A stretch of DNA of 38,233 bases from Candidatus Saccharimonadales bacterium (GCA_030150485.1 JASLFZ010000064.1:1-38233); one strand, 5' to 3'. Counted from the stretch's first letter, positions 6,446 to 15,066 are shown. Numbers and translations: made by a program. The notes: a model not told the origin generated them from the sequence alone.

Positions 6446-8377
6446 ATGAGAATATCTGACGGTGACTTAAAATCACTGCTCCTTGAGGGCAGTAAAGTTA
6501 AGCCGGAGACGCTCAAGGAGGCTGAGGCTGTCCATGAGCAGACCGGCGAGCCGCTGCTTGCTACCGTGCTTAAACGACGCCTTATTAGCGAATCTACGTT
6601 GGTCAAGCTCTACGCCAAGAGTATTGATGTCCCCTATATTGACCTACGGAATCTGAAGATACCGCGCGAGCTGCTCACCAAAATACCTGAACGCATTGCG
6701 CGTAAGTATCAAGCCGTGCTGTTTGGCGAGGAGGCTAAGCGCTTGCAGCTGGCTATGGCCGATCCGGAGGACTTCCAAGCCAGAGACTTCATTACGAAGC
6801 AAATTGGCCAGGACGTTACGCTTTATATTGCGCCGGCCAGCGACATTCTCAGCGCCATCGATCAGTACAAAGGCAGCATCTCTTCGGAAATCACCAAGGC
6901 CATTAAAGACAGTAGCGCCAGCGAAGCCATGAGCGAGCCGGAGGTTGATGCCAAGGACCTGGCCGAGGACGCGCCGATCGCCAAAACCGTCAATATTATC
7001 CTGGAGTACGCCCTTAAATCGCGTGCCTCCGATGTCCACATTGAACCGCGCGAAAGCCTCGTCCAGGTCCGCTTTCGCATCGATGGCATGCTGCACGAAA
7101 TGATGACGCTACCCAAAGCCATTCTGCCGGCGGTGGTATCGCGCATTAAAATCCTCGCCACCCTGAAGATTGATGAGCACCGCATGCCGCAAGATGGCCG
7201 GTTTAAGTTTAGCGTTGGTTCGCGGACCGTCGCCCTCCGCGTGTCCACGCTACCGGTTATGGATGGCGAAAAGTTAGTCATGCGGATCTTGGATGAATCG
7301 AGCCGGGCCCTTACCCTTGAAGAGCTTGGCTTTGAGGGCGTCCCACTCGAACGCATCGTGCGCGGTATTCACAAACCGCACGGCTTGGTGTTTGTGACCG
7401 GTCCGACCGGCTCCGGTAAATCAACGACCCTCTATAGCGTGCTGACCATGCTCAACACGCCAGGCGTGAACATCTCAACCGTCGAAGACCCGGTAGAGTA
7501 CCGCGTAACCGGGGTCAACCAAACGCAAGTGAACCCCAAAGCCGGCATGACCTTCGCGTCCGGTTTGCGCGCGCTACTGCGCCAAGACCCCAACATCATC
7601 ATGGTGGGCGAGGTACGCGACAGCGAAACCGCCGATCTGGCCGTCCAGGCCGCGCTGACCGGTCACGTCGTGCTCTCCACCCTCCACACCACCAACGCCG
7701 CCACCACGCTGCCCCGCCTCCTCGATATGAACATCGAGCCGTTCTTGATTGCCTCCACCGTCAACACCATCATCGCCCAGCGCCTCGTGCGTCGCCTCTG
7801 CCCCCACTGCCGTGTACCCTACATTCCTGAAGGTGACATCCTAAAAGATATTAAGCGCGACTTCGATGTTGAAAACGCCCTGCGCTACATTGGCGCCTCG
7901 AAGAGTGAGCCTCCGGTTGAGCCGGCAGCCGCCAGTGGTAAAAAAGTTATTGCGCCGCTCGGCGGTATCGAGTCGAATAAGTCGATCCTCCAAAAAATTG
8001 CCTCCGATCCAAACATTCTCAATCGCTCCGCTAAAGAGGCGGCCACGATCCACGCCAAGCCCAGCCTACCCGAAGAGCCTAAAGCCCCGGCCAGTCACAC
8101 GCTCCGCAGCCTTAAATCGGGTGAGTTCAAGCTGTACCGAGCCGGCGAGGGCTGCGAGCAGTGCGGCAACGTAGGATATCAAGGTCGGATGGGTATTTAT
8201 GAGGTGCTTGAGATCAATGAAAAAATTCAAGAAATGGTGGTGGGCCATGCCACCAGTGAGACCATTCAGCAAGAAGCCGTTAAGGATGGCATGCTCACCA
8301 TGCAGCAAGATGGATTTTTGAAATCTCTGCATGGGCTCACGACCATTGAAGAAATTCTCCGGGTGACGCGCGAATAA
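6446..8377 (+). CDS. pilB: Type IV pilus assembly ATPase PilB (GspE/PilB family)
   Basis: The product has an N-terminal T2SSE_N-type domain, Walker A GPTGSGKSTT, Asp box, Walker B (IIMVGEVRD), His box (TGHVVLSTLHT), and the tetracysteine motif CPHC...CEQC. Confidence 0.9.
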   Translation: MRISDGDLKSLLLEGSKVKPETLKEAEAVHEQTGEPLLATVLKRRLISESTLVKLYAKSIDVPYIDLRNLKIPRELLTKIPERIARKYQAVLFGEEAKRLQLAMADPEDFQARDFITKQIGQDVTLYIAPASDILSAIDQYKGSISSEITKAIKDSSASEAMSEPEVDAKDLAEDAPIAKTVNIILEYALKSRASDVHIEPRESLVQVRFRIDGMLHEMMTLPKAILPAVVSRIKILATLKIDEHRMPQDGRFKFSVGSRTVALRVSTLPVMDGEKLVMRILDESSRALTLEELGFEGVPLERIVRGIHKPHGLVFVTGPTGSGKSTTLYSVLTMLNTPGVNISTVEDPVEYRVTGVNQTQVNPKAGMTFASGLRALLRQDPNIIMVGEVRDSETADLAVQAALTGHVVLSTLHTTNAATTLPRLLDMNIEPFLIASTVNTIIAQRLVRRLCPHCRVPYIPEGDILKDIKRDFDVENALRYIGASKSEPPVEPAAASGKKVIAPLGGIESNKSILQKIASDPNILNRSAKEAATIHAKPSLPEEPKAPASHTLRSLKSGEFKLYRAGEGCEQCGNVGYQGRMGIYEVLEINEKIQEMVVGHATSETIQQEAVKDGMLTMQQDGFLKSLHGLTTIEEILRVTRE

Positions 8378-8378
8378 A

Positions 8379-9596
8379 ATGGCTAACTACACCTACACCG
8401 CCCGTGATAAAAGTGGCGCTATCCAAAAAGGCAACCTGCTCGCAAGCGACCAACCCGCCGCCGCCAGCACGTTAATGGAAAAGGGATTGGTGCCGATCCT
8501 CATCAAGGCTCAAACTAACAGTGCGGGGGGTAGCTTGCGACGGCGGCTACACATCGGTGGGGGCGTTAAGCTGCAGGATAAGGTGGTGTTTTCGCGACAG
8601 CTTGCCACCATGATCAACGCCGGTGTGCCGATAGTTCAGGCCTTATCAATTTTGCGCACCCAAACCTCCAGTAAGCACTTTCAACACGTTATCGCTACCT
8701 GCGCCAAGCAGGTCGAGGGTGGCTCCCCTCTTAGCGCTGCGCTGGGAGCCCATCCGGAGATTTTCTCTACCGTGTATGTCAATATGGTCCGGGCCGGTGA
8801 GGCGGGCGGCCTACTGGATGAGGTCCTCGAGCGCCTGGCCACCCAGCAAGAAAAAGACGCCGCCATCGTCGGCAAGGTTCGCAGCGCCATGATTTATCCC
8901 AGCATTCTCTTACTTGTCACTCTGGGGGCCTTCATTTTTCTGATGACCTACCTCGTCCCCCACCTCGTGCCCATTTTCTCTCAGCTTGGAGTGGCGCTCC
9001 CCTGGTACAGCAAGCTTATGCTCACAATAAGTACTTTTTTAGTGCATTTTGGGGCGCCGGTACTAGTAGCTTTAGTGGTCGCTGGTATCGGTGCCTACCG
9101 CTTTATCCGGACCCCGCGTGGCAAGCACATCCTCGACCGTCTCATTCTGCGCCTGCCCATTCTGGGCCCCATTATCGTCAAGGTGAACGTGGCCCGCTTT
9201 GCCCGCACCTTTGGCTCACTCATGGCGGCCGGCCTCTCGGTACTTGAGGCACTCAACACCACTGCCGAAGGTCTGGGTAACACCGCTTTCCGCGATAGCC
9301 TCCACGAGGTTGCTCGCGAGGTAAAGGCCGGCAAACCGATCTCTGCCCCCTTCAAAAAAATGACCATCTTCCCACCGATTGTTAACCAAATGATCGGCGT
9401 GGGCGAAAATACCGGCGAACTTGATACCATCCTACTCAAACTGGCAGGCTTTTACGAAAACGAGGTAGATACGCTCGTGGCCAACCTCACTTCGGTGATT
9501 GAGCCGGTTTTGATCGTAGCGCTCGGCGGCGTGGTCGGCTTTATTGTGATTGGCGTGTACGGCCCTCTGGCCGCCCTAAATGGCTCTGTACAGTAA
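8379..9596 (+). CDS. pilC: Type IV pilus inner-membrane platform protein PilC (GspF family)
   Basis: The 405-aa product has duplicated T2SSF domains and three TM segments. Its N-terminus (YTYTARDKSGAIQKGNL) is typical, and the gene starts 1 nt after pilB. Confidence 0.9.
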   Translation: MANYTYTARDKSGAIQKGNLLASDQPAAASTLMEKGLVPILIKAQTNSAGGSLRRRLHIGGGVKLQDKVVFSRQLATMINAGVPIVQALSILRTQTSSKHFQHVIATCAKQVEGGSPLSAALGAHPEIFSTVYVNMVRAGEAGGLLDEVLERLATQQEKDAAIVGKVRSAMIYPSILLLVTLGAFIFLMTYLVPHLVPIFSQLGVALPWYSKLMLTISTFLVHFGAPVLVALVVAGIGAYRFIRTPRGKHILDRLILRLPILGPIIVKVNVARFARTFGSLMAAGLSVLEALNTTAEGLGNTAFRDSLHEVAREVKAGKPISAPFKKMTIFPPIVNQMIGVGENTGELDTILLKLAGFYENEVDTLVANLTSVIEPVLIVALGGVVGFIVIGVYGPLAALNGSVQ

Positions 9597-9613
9597 TCAA
9601 ACCGACTCAATAG

Positions 9614-9643
9614 TTGACATAACTGGAATCACCACCTTACAAT
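9614..9643 (+). promoter_or_regulatory. Sigma-70-type promoter for the major pilin gene
   Basis: A perfect -35 TTGACA (9614-9619) is followed by a 17/18-nt spacer and TTACAAT (-10 TACAAT at 9638-9643). This leaves a 5' UTR of about 65 nt ending in GAGGAGG (9697-9703). Confidence 0.55.
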
Positions 9644-9714
9644 AGTCTCAGGTAAAGCTTATGCTTTGTACATCAACCAAGAAGTAACAACATTATGAGG
9701 AGGTGAGCACTCAA

Positions 9715-10188
9715 ATGCAGAAACTATTAAAGAAGCAGGACGGTTTTACACTGCTAGAACTTTTGATCGTAATTGTGATCATTGGTATTTTGGCCGTCCT
9801 TATTATTCCTAACCTAGCATCCGGCCCGGCCCGTGCGCGTGACGCCCAGCGTAAGAGTGACTTACGTAACGTGAAAACCGCTTTAGAGACCTACTATAAC
9901 GATAACAACAGCTATCCCACCGCGAACCCGGGTGGCGGTTCGGCGGCCAGCTGTGTTATCGCCGGTAACAGCACTTGTATTGGAGCGGCTCTGAGCAGCG
10001 GCACCACTCCGTACATGAAGACGGTACCGAGCGACCCCAAGAATACCGGTAGCTACGTCTACACCTACCTGCCGACTCCGTCCGGTTGTTCCACGGCCTG
10101 TGTGAGTTACTCGATGACGGCAACGCTTGAGAACACCAAGGATCCGCAAGCAACCAACGGTGTCTACACGGTTAACTCCGCTAACTAG
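9715..10188 (+). CDS. pilA: Major type IV pilin (prepilin with class III signal peptide)
   Basis: MQKLLKKQDG/FTLLELLIVIVIIGILAVLIIP is a 10-aa basic leader, Gly-1 and Glu+5, followed by ARDAQRKSDLRNVKTALETYYND. Four Cys residues lie in the globular head. I prefer the ATG at 9715 (SD GAGGAGG 11 nt upstream) to the GTG at 9703 used in the ORF track. Confidence 0.85.
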   Translation: MQKLLKKQDGFTLLELLIVIVIIGILAVLIIPNLASGPARARDAQRKSDLRNVKTALETYYNDNNSYPTANPGGGSAASCVIAGNSTCIGAALSSGTTPYMKTVPSDPKNTGSYVYTYLPTPSGCSTACVSYSMTATLENTKDPQATNGVYTVNSAN

Positions 10189-10203
10189 CTTCTCATAGTG
10201 ATC

Positions 10204-10232
10204 AAAAAACCGCGGCTTCTCCGCGGTTTTTT
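10204..10232 (+). terminator. Rho-independent terminator after the major pilin gene
   Basis: AAAAAA-CCGCGG-CTTCT-CCGCGG-TTTTTT: a perfect GC stem, 5-nt loop and T6 tract, 16 nt after the pilA stop. Confidence 0.8.
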
Positions 10233-10251
10233 GTATCTAAAGCGCTTACGT

Positions 10252-10257
10252 TATACT
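10252..10257 (+). promoter_or_regulatory. Candidate -10 (TATACT) for the minor-pilin operon; predicted leaderless start
   Basis: TATACT is followed by 6 nt (AAAAGT) and then the ATG at 10264, with no SD. It is part of the 12-mer GTTATACTAAAA that recurs at 12885-12896. Confidence 0.4.
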
Positions 10258-10263
10258 AAAAGT

Positions 10264-10671
10264 ATGTCTCGTTCCCTCCTTACCTCGGAAGCTGGCTTCA
10301 CGCTGGTGGAGCTCATCGTTACAACCGTTTTCGTCGCGATCGCCTCAACCGCGATTGTGGAGATTTTTATCACTATTAACAAACTGAACGAGCAGGCCGG
10401 GAAGCTGCAAACCGCCACCGCTCTGGCCGACCAGGAAATTGAGCAGTACCGTAATGTCGGTTACACCGCGCTGCCAACCGGAACACCGGCAGTCACGTTT
10501 ACGAACCTGTTACCGGCTAACTTTGGCAGCTCTAAGTCGGCCGTTATCAATGTAACCACTCCGCAAACCGGCCTTAAACAGATGGATGTTGTTATTAAGT
10601 ACACCGACGACGATGTACCCAAGACCGTCGAGCTATCTACCCTTATTGCTCAAACTGGTATCGATCGATGA
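10264..10671 (+). CDS. Minor pilin (PilV/GspI-like), prepilin-type N-terminal cleavage/methylation domain
   Basis: MSRSLLTSEAG/FTLVELIVTTVFVAIAS. The ORF-track start at 10198 lies inside the pilA terminator, so the ATG at 10264 is preferred. Confidence 0.8.
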   Translation: MSRSLLTSEAGFTLVELIVTTVFVAIASTAIVEIFITINKLNEQAGKLQTATALADQEIEQYRNVGYTALPTGTPAVTFTNLLPANFGSSKSAVINVTTPQTGLKQMDVVIKYTDDDVPKTVELSTLIAQTGIDR

Positions 10672-11369
10672 ATCTTTTGCGCAACCAAGCCGGCTTTACC
10701 CTTGTCGAGCTTTTAACGGCAGCCATCATTATTGGCTTGCTCGCAACGCTCGTATCGGGCTTTTATAGTGATCGGTTGGTCGACTTTGCCCGCACGCAAA
10801 GCCTTATTATTCTGCAGTCGAACACCAAGCAAGCGCTTGAAAGTATGCAGCGCGATATTGAACAAGCCCAAAGCATTGAGGCCGCTAACGAGTGGGCGGA
10901 TAGCCACGGGCCCGGCGGCAATCAGTACGGCTGGGCCTCTTCTAGCGCTTCGCCGTCGGTGGTGGTGTTGGCCGAGCCTACCGAAGATACCAGTGGCAAC
11001 CTGCAGTACGTCGATGGCGCCCACACCGTGCTCGCCACCAACGACGTGATTTACTATGTGAACGGGGGAGCGCTATACCGCCGCGTGATCGTCAACCCAA
11101 TCTGCGCCTCGGCCGGTGGCAGTGTTAGCTGCAGCGCCCGCACCACCTGCCCGGCCGCCAGTGCCACCAGCAGCTGCCCAGCCGACGGCAAGGTCATTGA
11201 AAACGTCGCCAACCTTGTAGCAACCTACTACGACACCAACGATAATATCCTCTCGACGCCGTCGAACGCCTACTCCCTTAGCGTCACCATGACCCAGTCG
11301 CTTACGGAGTTTGGCCATACCTACAGCAACAGCTTGAGCTCACGCATCACTTTGAGGAACAAGGCATGA
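10668..11369 (+). CDS. Minor pilin (PilW/GspJ-like), prepilin-type N-terminal cleavage/methylation domain
   Basis: MNLLRNQAG/FTLVELLTAAIIIGLLA. It has an ATGA overlap with the upstream gene and a 4-Cys cluster (CASAGGSVSCSARTTCPAASATSSC). Confidence 0.8.
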   Translation: MNLLRNQAGFTLVELLTAAIIIGLLATLVSGFYSDRLVDFARTQSLIILQSNTKQALESMQRDIEQAQSIEAANEWADSHGPGGNQYGWASSSASPSVVVLAEPTEDTSGNLQYVDGAHTVLATNDVIYYVNGGALYRRVIVNPICASAGGSVSCSARTTCPAASATSSCPADGKVIENVANLVATYYDTNDNILSTPSNAYSLSVTMTQSLTEFGHTYSNSLSSRITLRNKA

Positions 11370-12877
11370 AAGCAAGCCCCCTTAACAGCCAACGCGGCGT
11401 CATTTTGGTGGGTGCCATTATTGTAACGACCTTCTTTTTAACGATTGCCCTGGCGATTGCCGGGCTTGGCCTAACCCATTATTCAAGCACTCGCCACACC
11501 TTGCTAGCCTCGGACGCTCAGAATGTGGCCGATGCCGGCGCCGATGCTTTTATGAGTAGCCTGGCCAGCTCCAGCACCTACCAAGGCACCAACAACGCTC
11601 CCGCCACCGCTACCAACTCCTGTAGTGGCTACACCTCCTCCCCCGTAACTCTCGTAAACAACGCCACGCAGGGTAAAATCACCTACTCTACCTGCGTTCA
11701 AAATGGCAGCATCGCTAACGAAAAGCTGGTTTTCTCCACCAGTAAGCTCTATATTCCGGCAACTAATACCACCCCGACGGTTACTCGCGAGGTTGAGCTC
11801 GTTGTTCACGCCACCACCACCGCAGGCTATGGACTGCTTACCGGTCCCGGCGGCCTTACCCTGAGCAACAGCGCCGCCATTGCGGGTAGTCAGGTCTATA
11901 TTGGCGGCCAGTTGACTATGAATAACAGCTCCTCTATCGGCACGGCCGCAAATCCGGCCACCGTCTATATTGCCGACCTGGCCTGTGGCACCGGGGCAGC
12001 CTACCCGAGCACCTGTGCCCAGGGCGCCGGGCCGGCCGGAGATGCCGCGGTGCTGTGTTGTGGTGCGAGCCCAATGATCTATGGCGCCGTCCACATTGTT
12101 AACTTTCCTGTGCCCGCGCCAACCCAATCCCAAAACTACAACGAAAACCGTACCGGCAACCTTATGACCAGCCCCGGCTTGGTTGATAACACCGTACCCG
12201 CCATTAGCCTGCCAGCCGATAATCGCACGAGCACGCTGGGGACCTGTACCACCGGTGGCGGGGGTGCGCCGCAGCACTGCAGCAACTTCCCAACCGAGCG
12301 CCTCGCCTCGACCGCCGACTGTCCGTACGGCCAAACCACAACCACCTGGGCCGCCGGCACCCACTTCTACGGCGGTAACATCAACGTAGACCAGAGTTGT
12401 CAAGTTACGGTCGGCGGTCCCATCTGGATTGACGGCAACCTGGTGCTGAGCAATAGCGCCACACTGGCGGTGGCAAGCGGTCTTAGCGCCGCCCCCAGCT
12501 TATTTATCGACGGCTCCTCCGGTTTTGAACCGAGCAACAGCTCCGCCTTAACCACCAATAGCAGCGGGGTAGGTTTTGCCGTAACCACCTTTTGGTCGGC
12601 TGCTTCCTGCAGCCCCAACTGCACCAGTGTCACGGGGAGCGATCTCAGCAGCTCGGTAAACCACACCACCATCCTCATGAGCAACAGCTTTAAGGGCACC
12701 GGCTCCAGCTTCTATGCTCGCTGGAGCAACGTGAACACTAATAACTCCAGCTCAGCTGGCTCGCTGATGGGTCAATCCATTACCATCAACAATGCCGGCA
12801 CCATCACCCTCGGCAGCAGCTCGGCTGGTGCCACCGGCACCTGGGCGGTCACTCACTACACCGAGGTGTATCCGTAA
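11366..12877 (+). CDS. Large PilX_N-anchored pilus-associated protein (putative minor pilin or tip adhesin), Cys-rich with beta-helix-like repeats
   Basis: The N-terminus NSQRGVILVGAIIVTTFFLTIALAIAG resembles the PilX N-terminal anchor (QRG + hydrophobic helix, no Glu+5). The 503-aa product has 12 Cys and Gly/Ser/Thr/Asn-rich segments such as GGLTLSNSAAIAGSQVYIGGQLTMNNSSSIG. It has an ATGA overlap with the preceding minor pilin. Confidence 0.7.
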   Translation: MKASPLNSQRGVILVGAIIVTTFFLTIALAIAGLGLTHYSSTRHTLLASDAQNVADAGADAFMSSLASSSTYQGTNNAPATATNSCSGYTSSPVTLVNNATQGKITYSTCVQNGSIANEKLVFSTSKLYIPATNTTPTVTREVELVVHATTTAGYGLLTGPGGLTLSNSAAIAGSQVYIGGQLTMNNSSSIGTAANPATVYIADLACGTGAAYPSTCAQGAGPAGDAAVLCCGASPMIYGAVHIVNFPVPAPTQSQNYNENRTGNLMTSPGLVDNTVPAISLPADNRTSTLGTCTTGGGGAPQHCSNFPTERLASTADCPYGQTTTTWAAGTHFYGGNINVDQSCQVTVGGPIWIDGNLVLSNSATLAVASGLSAAPSLFIDGSSGFEPSNSSALTTNSSGVGFAVTTFWSAASCSPNCTSVTGSDLSSSVNHTTILMSNSFKGTGSSFYARWSNVNTNNSSSAGSLMGQSITINNAGTITLGSSSAGATGTWAVTHYTEVYP

Positions 12878-12883
12878 GGATTC

Positions 12884-12892
12884 TGTTATACT
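12884..12892 (+). promoter_or_regulatory. Candidate extended -10 (TGtTATACT) upstream of pilM
   Basis: TGTTATACT lies in the 49-nt gap after the PilX-like gene. It is followed by SD GAGGTG (12917-12922) and the pilM ATG. Confidence 0.4.
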
Positions 12893-12926
12893 AAAATGGT
12901 AATGCTTAAAACGCTACGAGGTGAGT

Positions 12927-13982
12927 ATGCGTGTCCCGCTAATTTATAAAGACGCTCCTCAGTTTGGCTTTGACCTCGGTACCCACTCGGTAAAAGTAGT
13001 CCAGCTGCACCGCGCCGGGCACAAAACCAAGGTCCAGGGCTATGGGGAGGGCTACTTTTCACCCGACGCCATGGCCGAAGGCATCGTGGTCGATCCGGTT
13101 GAAATCGCTACAGCCATCCGTCCTTTGCTACGCAAGCTCACCTATGGCAAGATAACCGCTCGTCGCGTGGTAGCGGGCATTCCCGCGACCAAACTGTTTA
13201 CCCGCGTGCTTCAGCTGCCCCAAATGGACACCGCCGACCTCACCCAGGCCATCCACTACGAGGTTGAGCAGTATGTGCCGGTGCCAGTCAATGACCTTTA
13301 CATTGATTACGAAATTATCACTCCGGCAAAAGATGCCGATAGCCAAATGAACGTCCTTATGACCGCCGCCCCGCGCGCCATCGTTGACTCCTACATTAAG
13401 CTTTTTGACACCTTGGGCTTTGAGGTGGCCGCCATAGAGGCCGACATGGCGGCGGTAGTACGAGCCCTTGTACAAGCCGGTGACGCCAGCGAGGCAAGCT
13501 TAATTATGAACGTCGGTTCGGTGTCCGCGGATCTGGCCGTGTACGACCACGAAACGCCTCTGAGTGGGAGCGTTCCCGTGGGCGGCGATCAGCAAATTGA
13601 TGCGTTAATGCAGGCGCTCGGCATCAAGCTCGATCAGGCGACCGAAATTAAGGCTAAGTTTGGGCTGGGTCCCAGTGGCATGCGCCCTAAGATTGCCGCA
13701 GCGCTTGAGCCCAGCATGCAGACCATGATCCGCGAGGTTAAGAATGTCATGAAGTTCTACCAGGGTGGGGGTAATAAAAAGGCCATCACCAAGCTCGTGC
13801 TTACCGGAGGCGCCGCCCGCATGCCCGGGTTTGATGAGTACATCCACACGGCCCTAAACCTCCCGCTCGCGGTGGCAAATCCGTGGAACAATCTCACGCT
13901 CCCCCACCCACCCTCTGGTTTTCAGAAAGAAGGCCTCACGTACAGCACTGCCATTGGGCTCGCCCTGCGAGGCCTACAATGA
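12927..13982 (+). CDS. pilM: Type IV pilus assembly protein PilM (actin-like ATPase fold)
   Basis: FGFDLGTHSVKVVQL..., GGDQ and LTGGAARMPG motifs are typical of PilM/FtsA-like proteins. The ATG at 12927 sits 4-5 nt after GAGGTG; the GTG at 12921 is an alternative start. Confidence 0.85.
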   Translation: MRVPLIYKDAPQFGFDLGTHSVKVVQLHRAGHKTKVQGYGEGYFSPDAMAEGIVVDPVEIATAIRPLLRKLTYGKITARRVVAGIPATKLFTRVLQLPQMDTADLTQAIHYEVEQYVPVPVNDLYIDYEIITPAKDADSQMNVLMTAAPRAIVDSYIKLFDTLGFEVAAIEADMAAVVRALVQAGDASEASLIMNVGSVSADLAVYDHETPLSGSVPVGGDQQIDALMQALGIKLDQATEIKAKFGLGPSGMRPKIAAALEPSMQTMIREVKNVMKFYQGGGNKKAITKLVLTGGAARMPGFDEYIHTALNLPLAVANPWNNLTLPHPPSGFQKEGLTYSTAIGLALRGLQ

Positions 13983-14524
13983 TTAACCTCCTGCCGCCCC
14001 ACCTTAAAGAAGAGATTGCCTACTCTAAGCGCAACGCTCTTATGCGTCGTTACGTGGTAGTAGCCCTGGTTCTGGCAGTGGTGTTGGTCGGGGGGCTGCT
14101 GGGCGGCCGTTACTACTTGAACCGCCAGGTGGCGAATACCAACGCGGCTATTGCCGTAAAGCAGCGCCAAATTGCCCAGTATGCTGGGCTCGCCAACCAG
14201 GCGAGTACGCTGGGTGAACGTCTAACTGCTATCGGCGCTATCCAAAAAAACCAGGCCAAGTTTTCCGAGCTGCTCAGTAATCTGGCCGCCGTTATGCCAC
14301 AGGGCACCGCAATCTCGAGCCTTACCCTAACCGGCAACGATAAGCAGCCCGTCCAGCTAACCGTTGCCGCCACCAACTACGCCAACGCGCTAGCATTCCG
14401 CGACAGCATCATCGCCTCTAAGCGCATCAGCGCCGCCGATATTGAAAGCATCACTCCAGGTGCGGTTGCTGGTACCTATAATGTTATCGTCACCTTTGCG
14501 TTCAACCCCGGGGAAGCCAAATGA
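13979..14524 (+). CDS. pilN: Type IV pilus assembly protein PilN
   Basis: MINLLPPHLKEEIAYSKRN is followed by a TM helix (YVVVALVLAVVLVGGLLGG), which is the classic PilN start. It has an ATGA overlap with the pilM stop. The ORF-track start at 13883 lies inside pilM and is rejected. Confidence 0.75.
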   Translation: MINLLPPHLKEEIAYSKRNALMRRYVVVALVLAVVLVGGLLGGRYYLNRQVANTNAAIAVKQRQIAQYAGLANQASTLGERLTAIGAIQKNQAKFSELLSNLAAVMPQGTAISSLTLTGNDKQPVQLTVAATNYANALAFRDSIIASKRISAADIESITPGAVAGTYNVIVTFAFNPGEAK

Positions 14525-15066
14525 CCCCTAAGCGTTTCTTTTATGTGCTCTGCGGACTGCTTGTTATTATTTTGGTGGGCGGTGGCGAAGCCTACTATCA
14601 AGCCGATCGCGCGCTGCGCGCCGGTACCGCCACCCTCAGCCAGCAGCTAGCTAGCTCAGAACTCGCCGATACCCAGCTTTCCAATTTCCAAGACTTACGT
14701 GAGCAGTACCAACAACTGCAGCCCCAAATTCCAGCCATTTACGCAGCGCTGCCTACTACCAAAGACCAATCTACCATTGCCCTTCAGCTCCACAATGTTG
14801 CGGCGAGCTGCGGCATGGATCTAGGCAGCCTTGCCTTCAACGCCTCTACCGTTCCAGGTCGCACCAGCCAGACCGTTGCCGATGGCACCGTCCTCGCTAT
14901 CCCTATCACATTCCAGCTTACGGGTACCTACAGCCAGCTCCAGCAGTTTCTGCAGAAGCAAGAGCTCCTCAACCGATATACGAGCGTTACCTCCCTCGCC
15001 ATTTCCGTCGGTGCGGGCAACAGCCTATCCTTCAATGTAACCTTAAACGCCTTTTTAAAACCATGA
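14521..15066 (+). CDS. pilO: PilO-like pilus assembly protein
   Basis: The 181-aa product has an N-terminal TM helix, a coiled-coil segment and a C-terminal ferredoxin-like region. Position after pilN and the ATGA overlap support the call. Confidence 0.65.
   Translation: MTPKRFFYVLCGLLVIILVGGGEAYYQADRALRAGTATLSQQLASSELADTQLSNFQDLREQYQQLQPQIPAIYAALPTTKDQSTIALQLHNVAASCGMDLGSLAFNASTVPGRTSQTVADGTVLAIPITFQLTGTYSQLQQFLQKQELLNRYTSVTSLAISVGAGNSLSFNVTLNAFLKP

Noticed and set aside
10198-10263. N-terminal extensions in the ORF track: minor pilin from 10198, pilN from 13883, pilA from 9703, glutaredoxin-like gene from 21094
   Set aside because: These use GTG or TTG codons lying inside a terminator or inside the preceding gene. 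Downstream ATGs with SD or ATGA coupling give canonical N-termini (prepilin leaders, MINLLP, MAQVTVF).
11504-12403. 299-aa ORF on the - strand, plus other shadow ORFs at 12136-12699 and 36119-36781
   Set aside because: These are antisense to the low-complexity Gly/Ala/Thr-rich pilus and surface-protein genes. Such codon composition keeps several frames open by chance.
12896-12949. 17-aa upstream ORF (MVMLKTLRGEYACPANL) overlapping the pilM start
   Set aside because: It has no SD, begins only 3 nt after the candidate -10, and is out of frame with pilM. It is most likely fortuitous.
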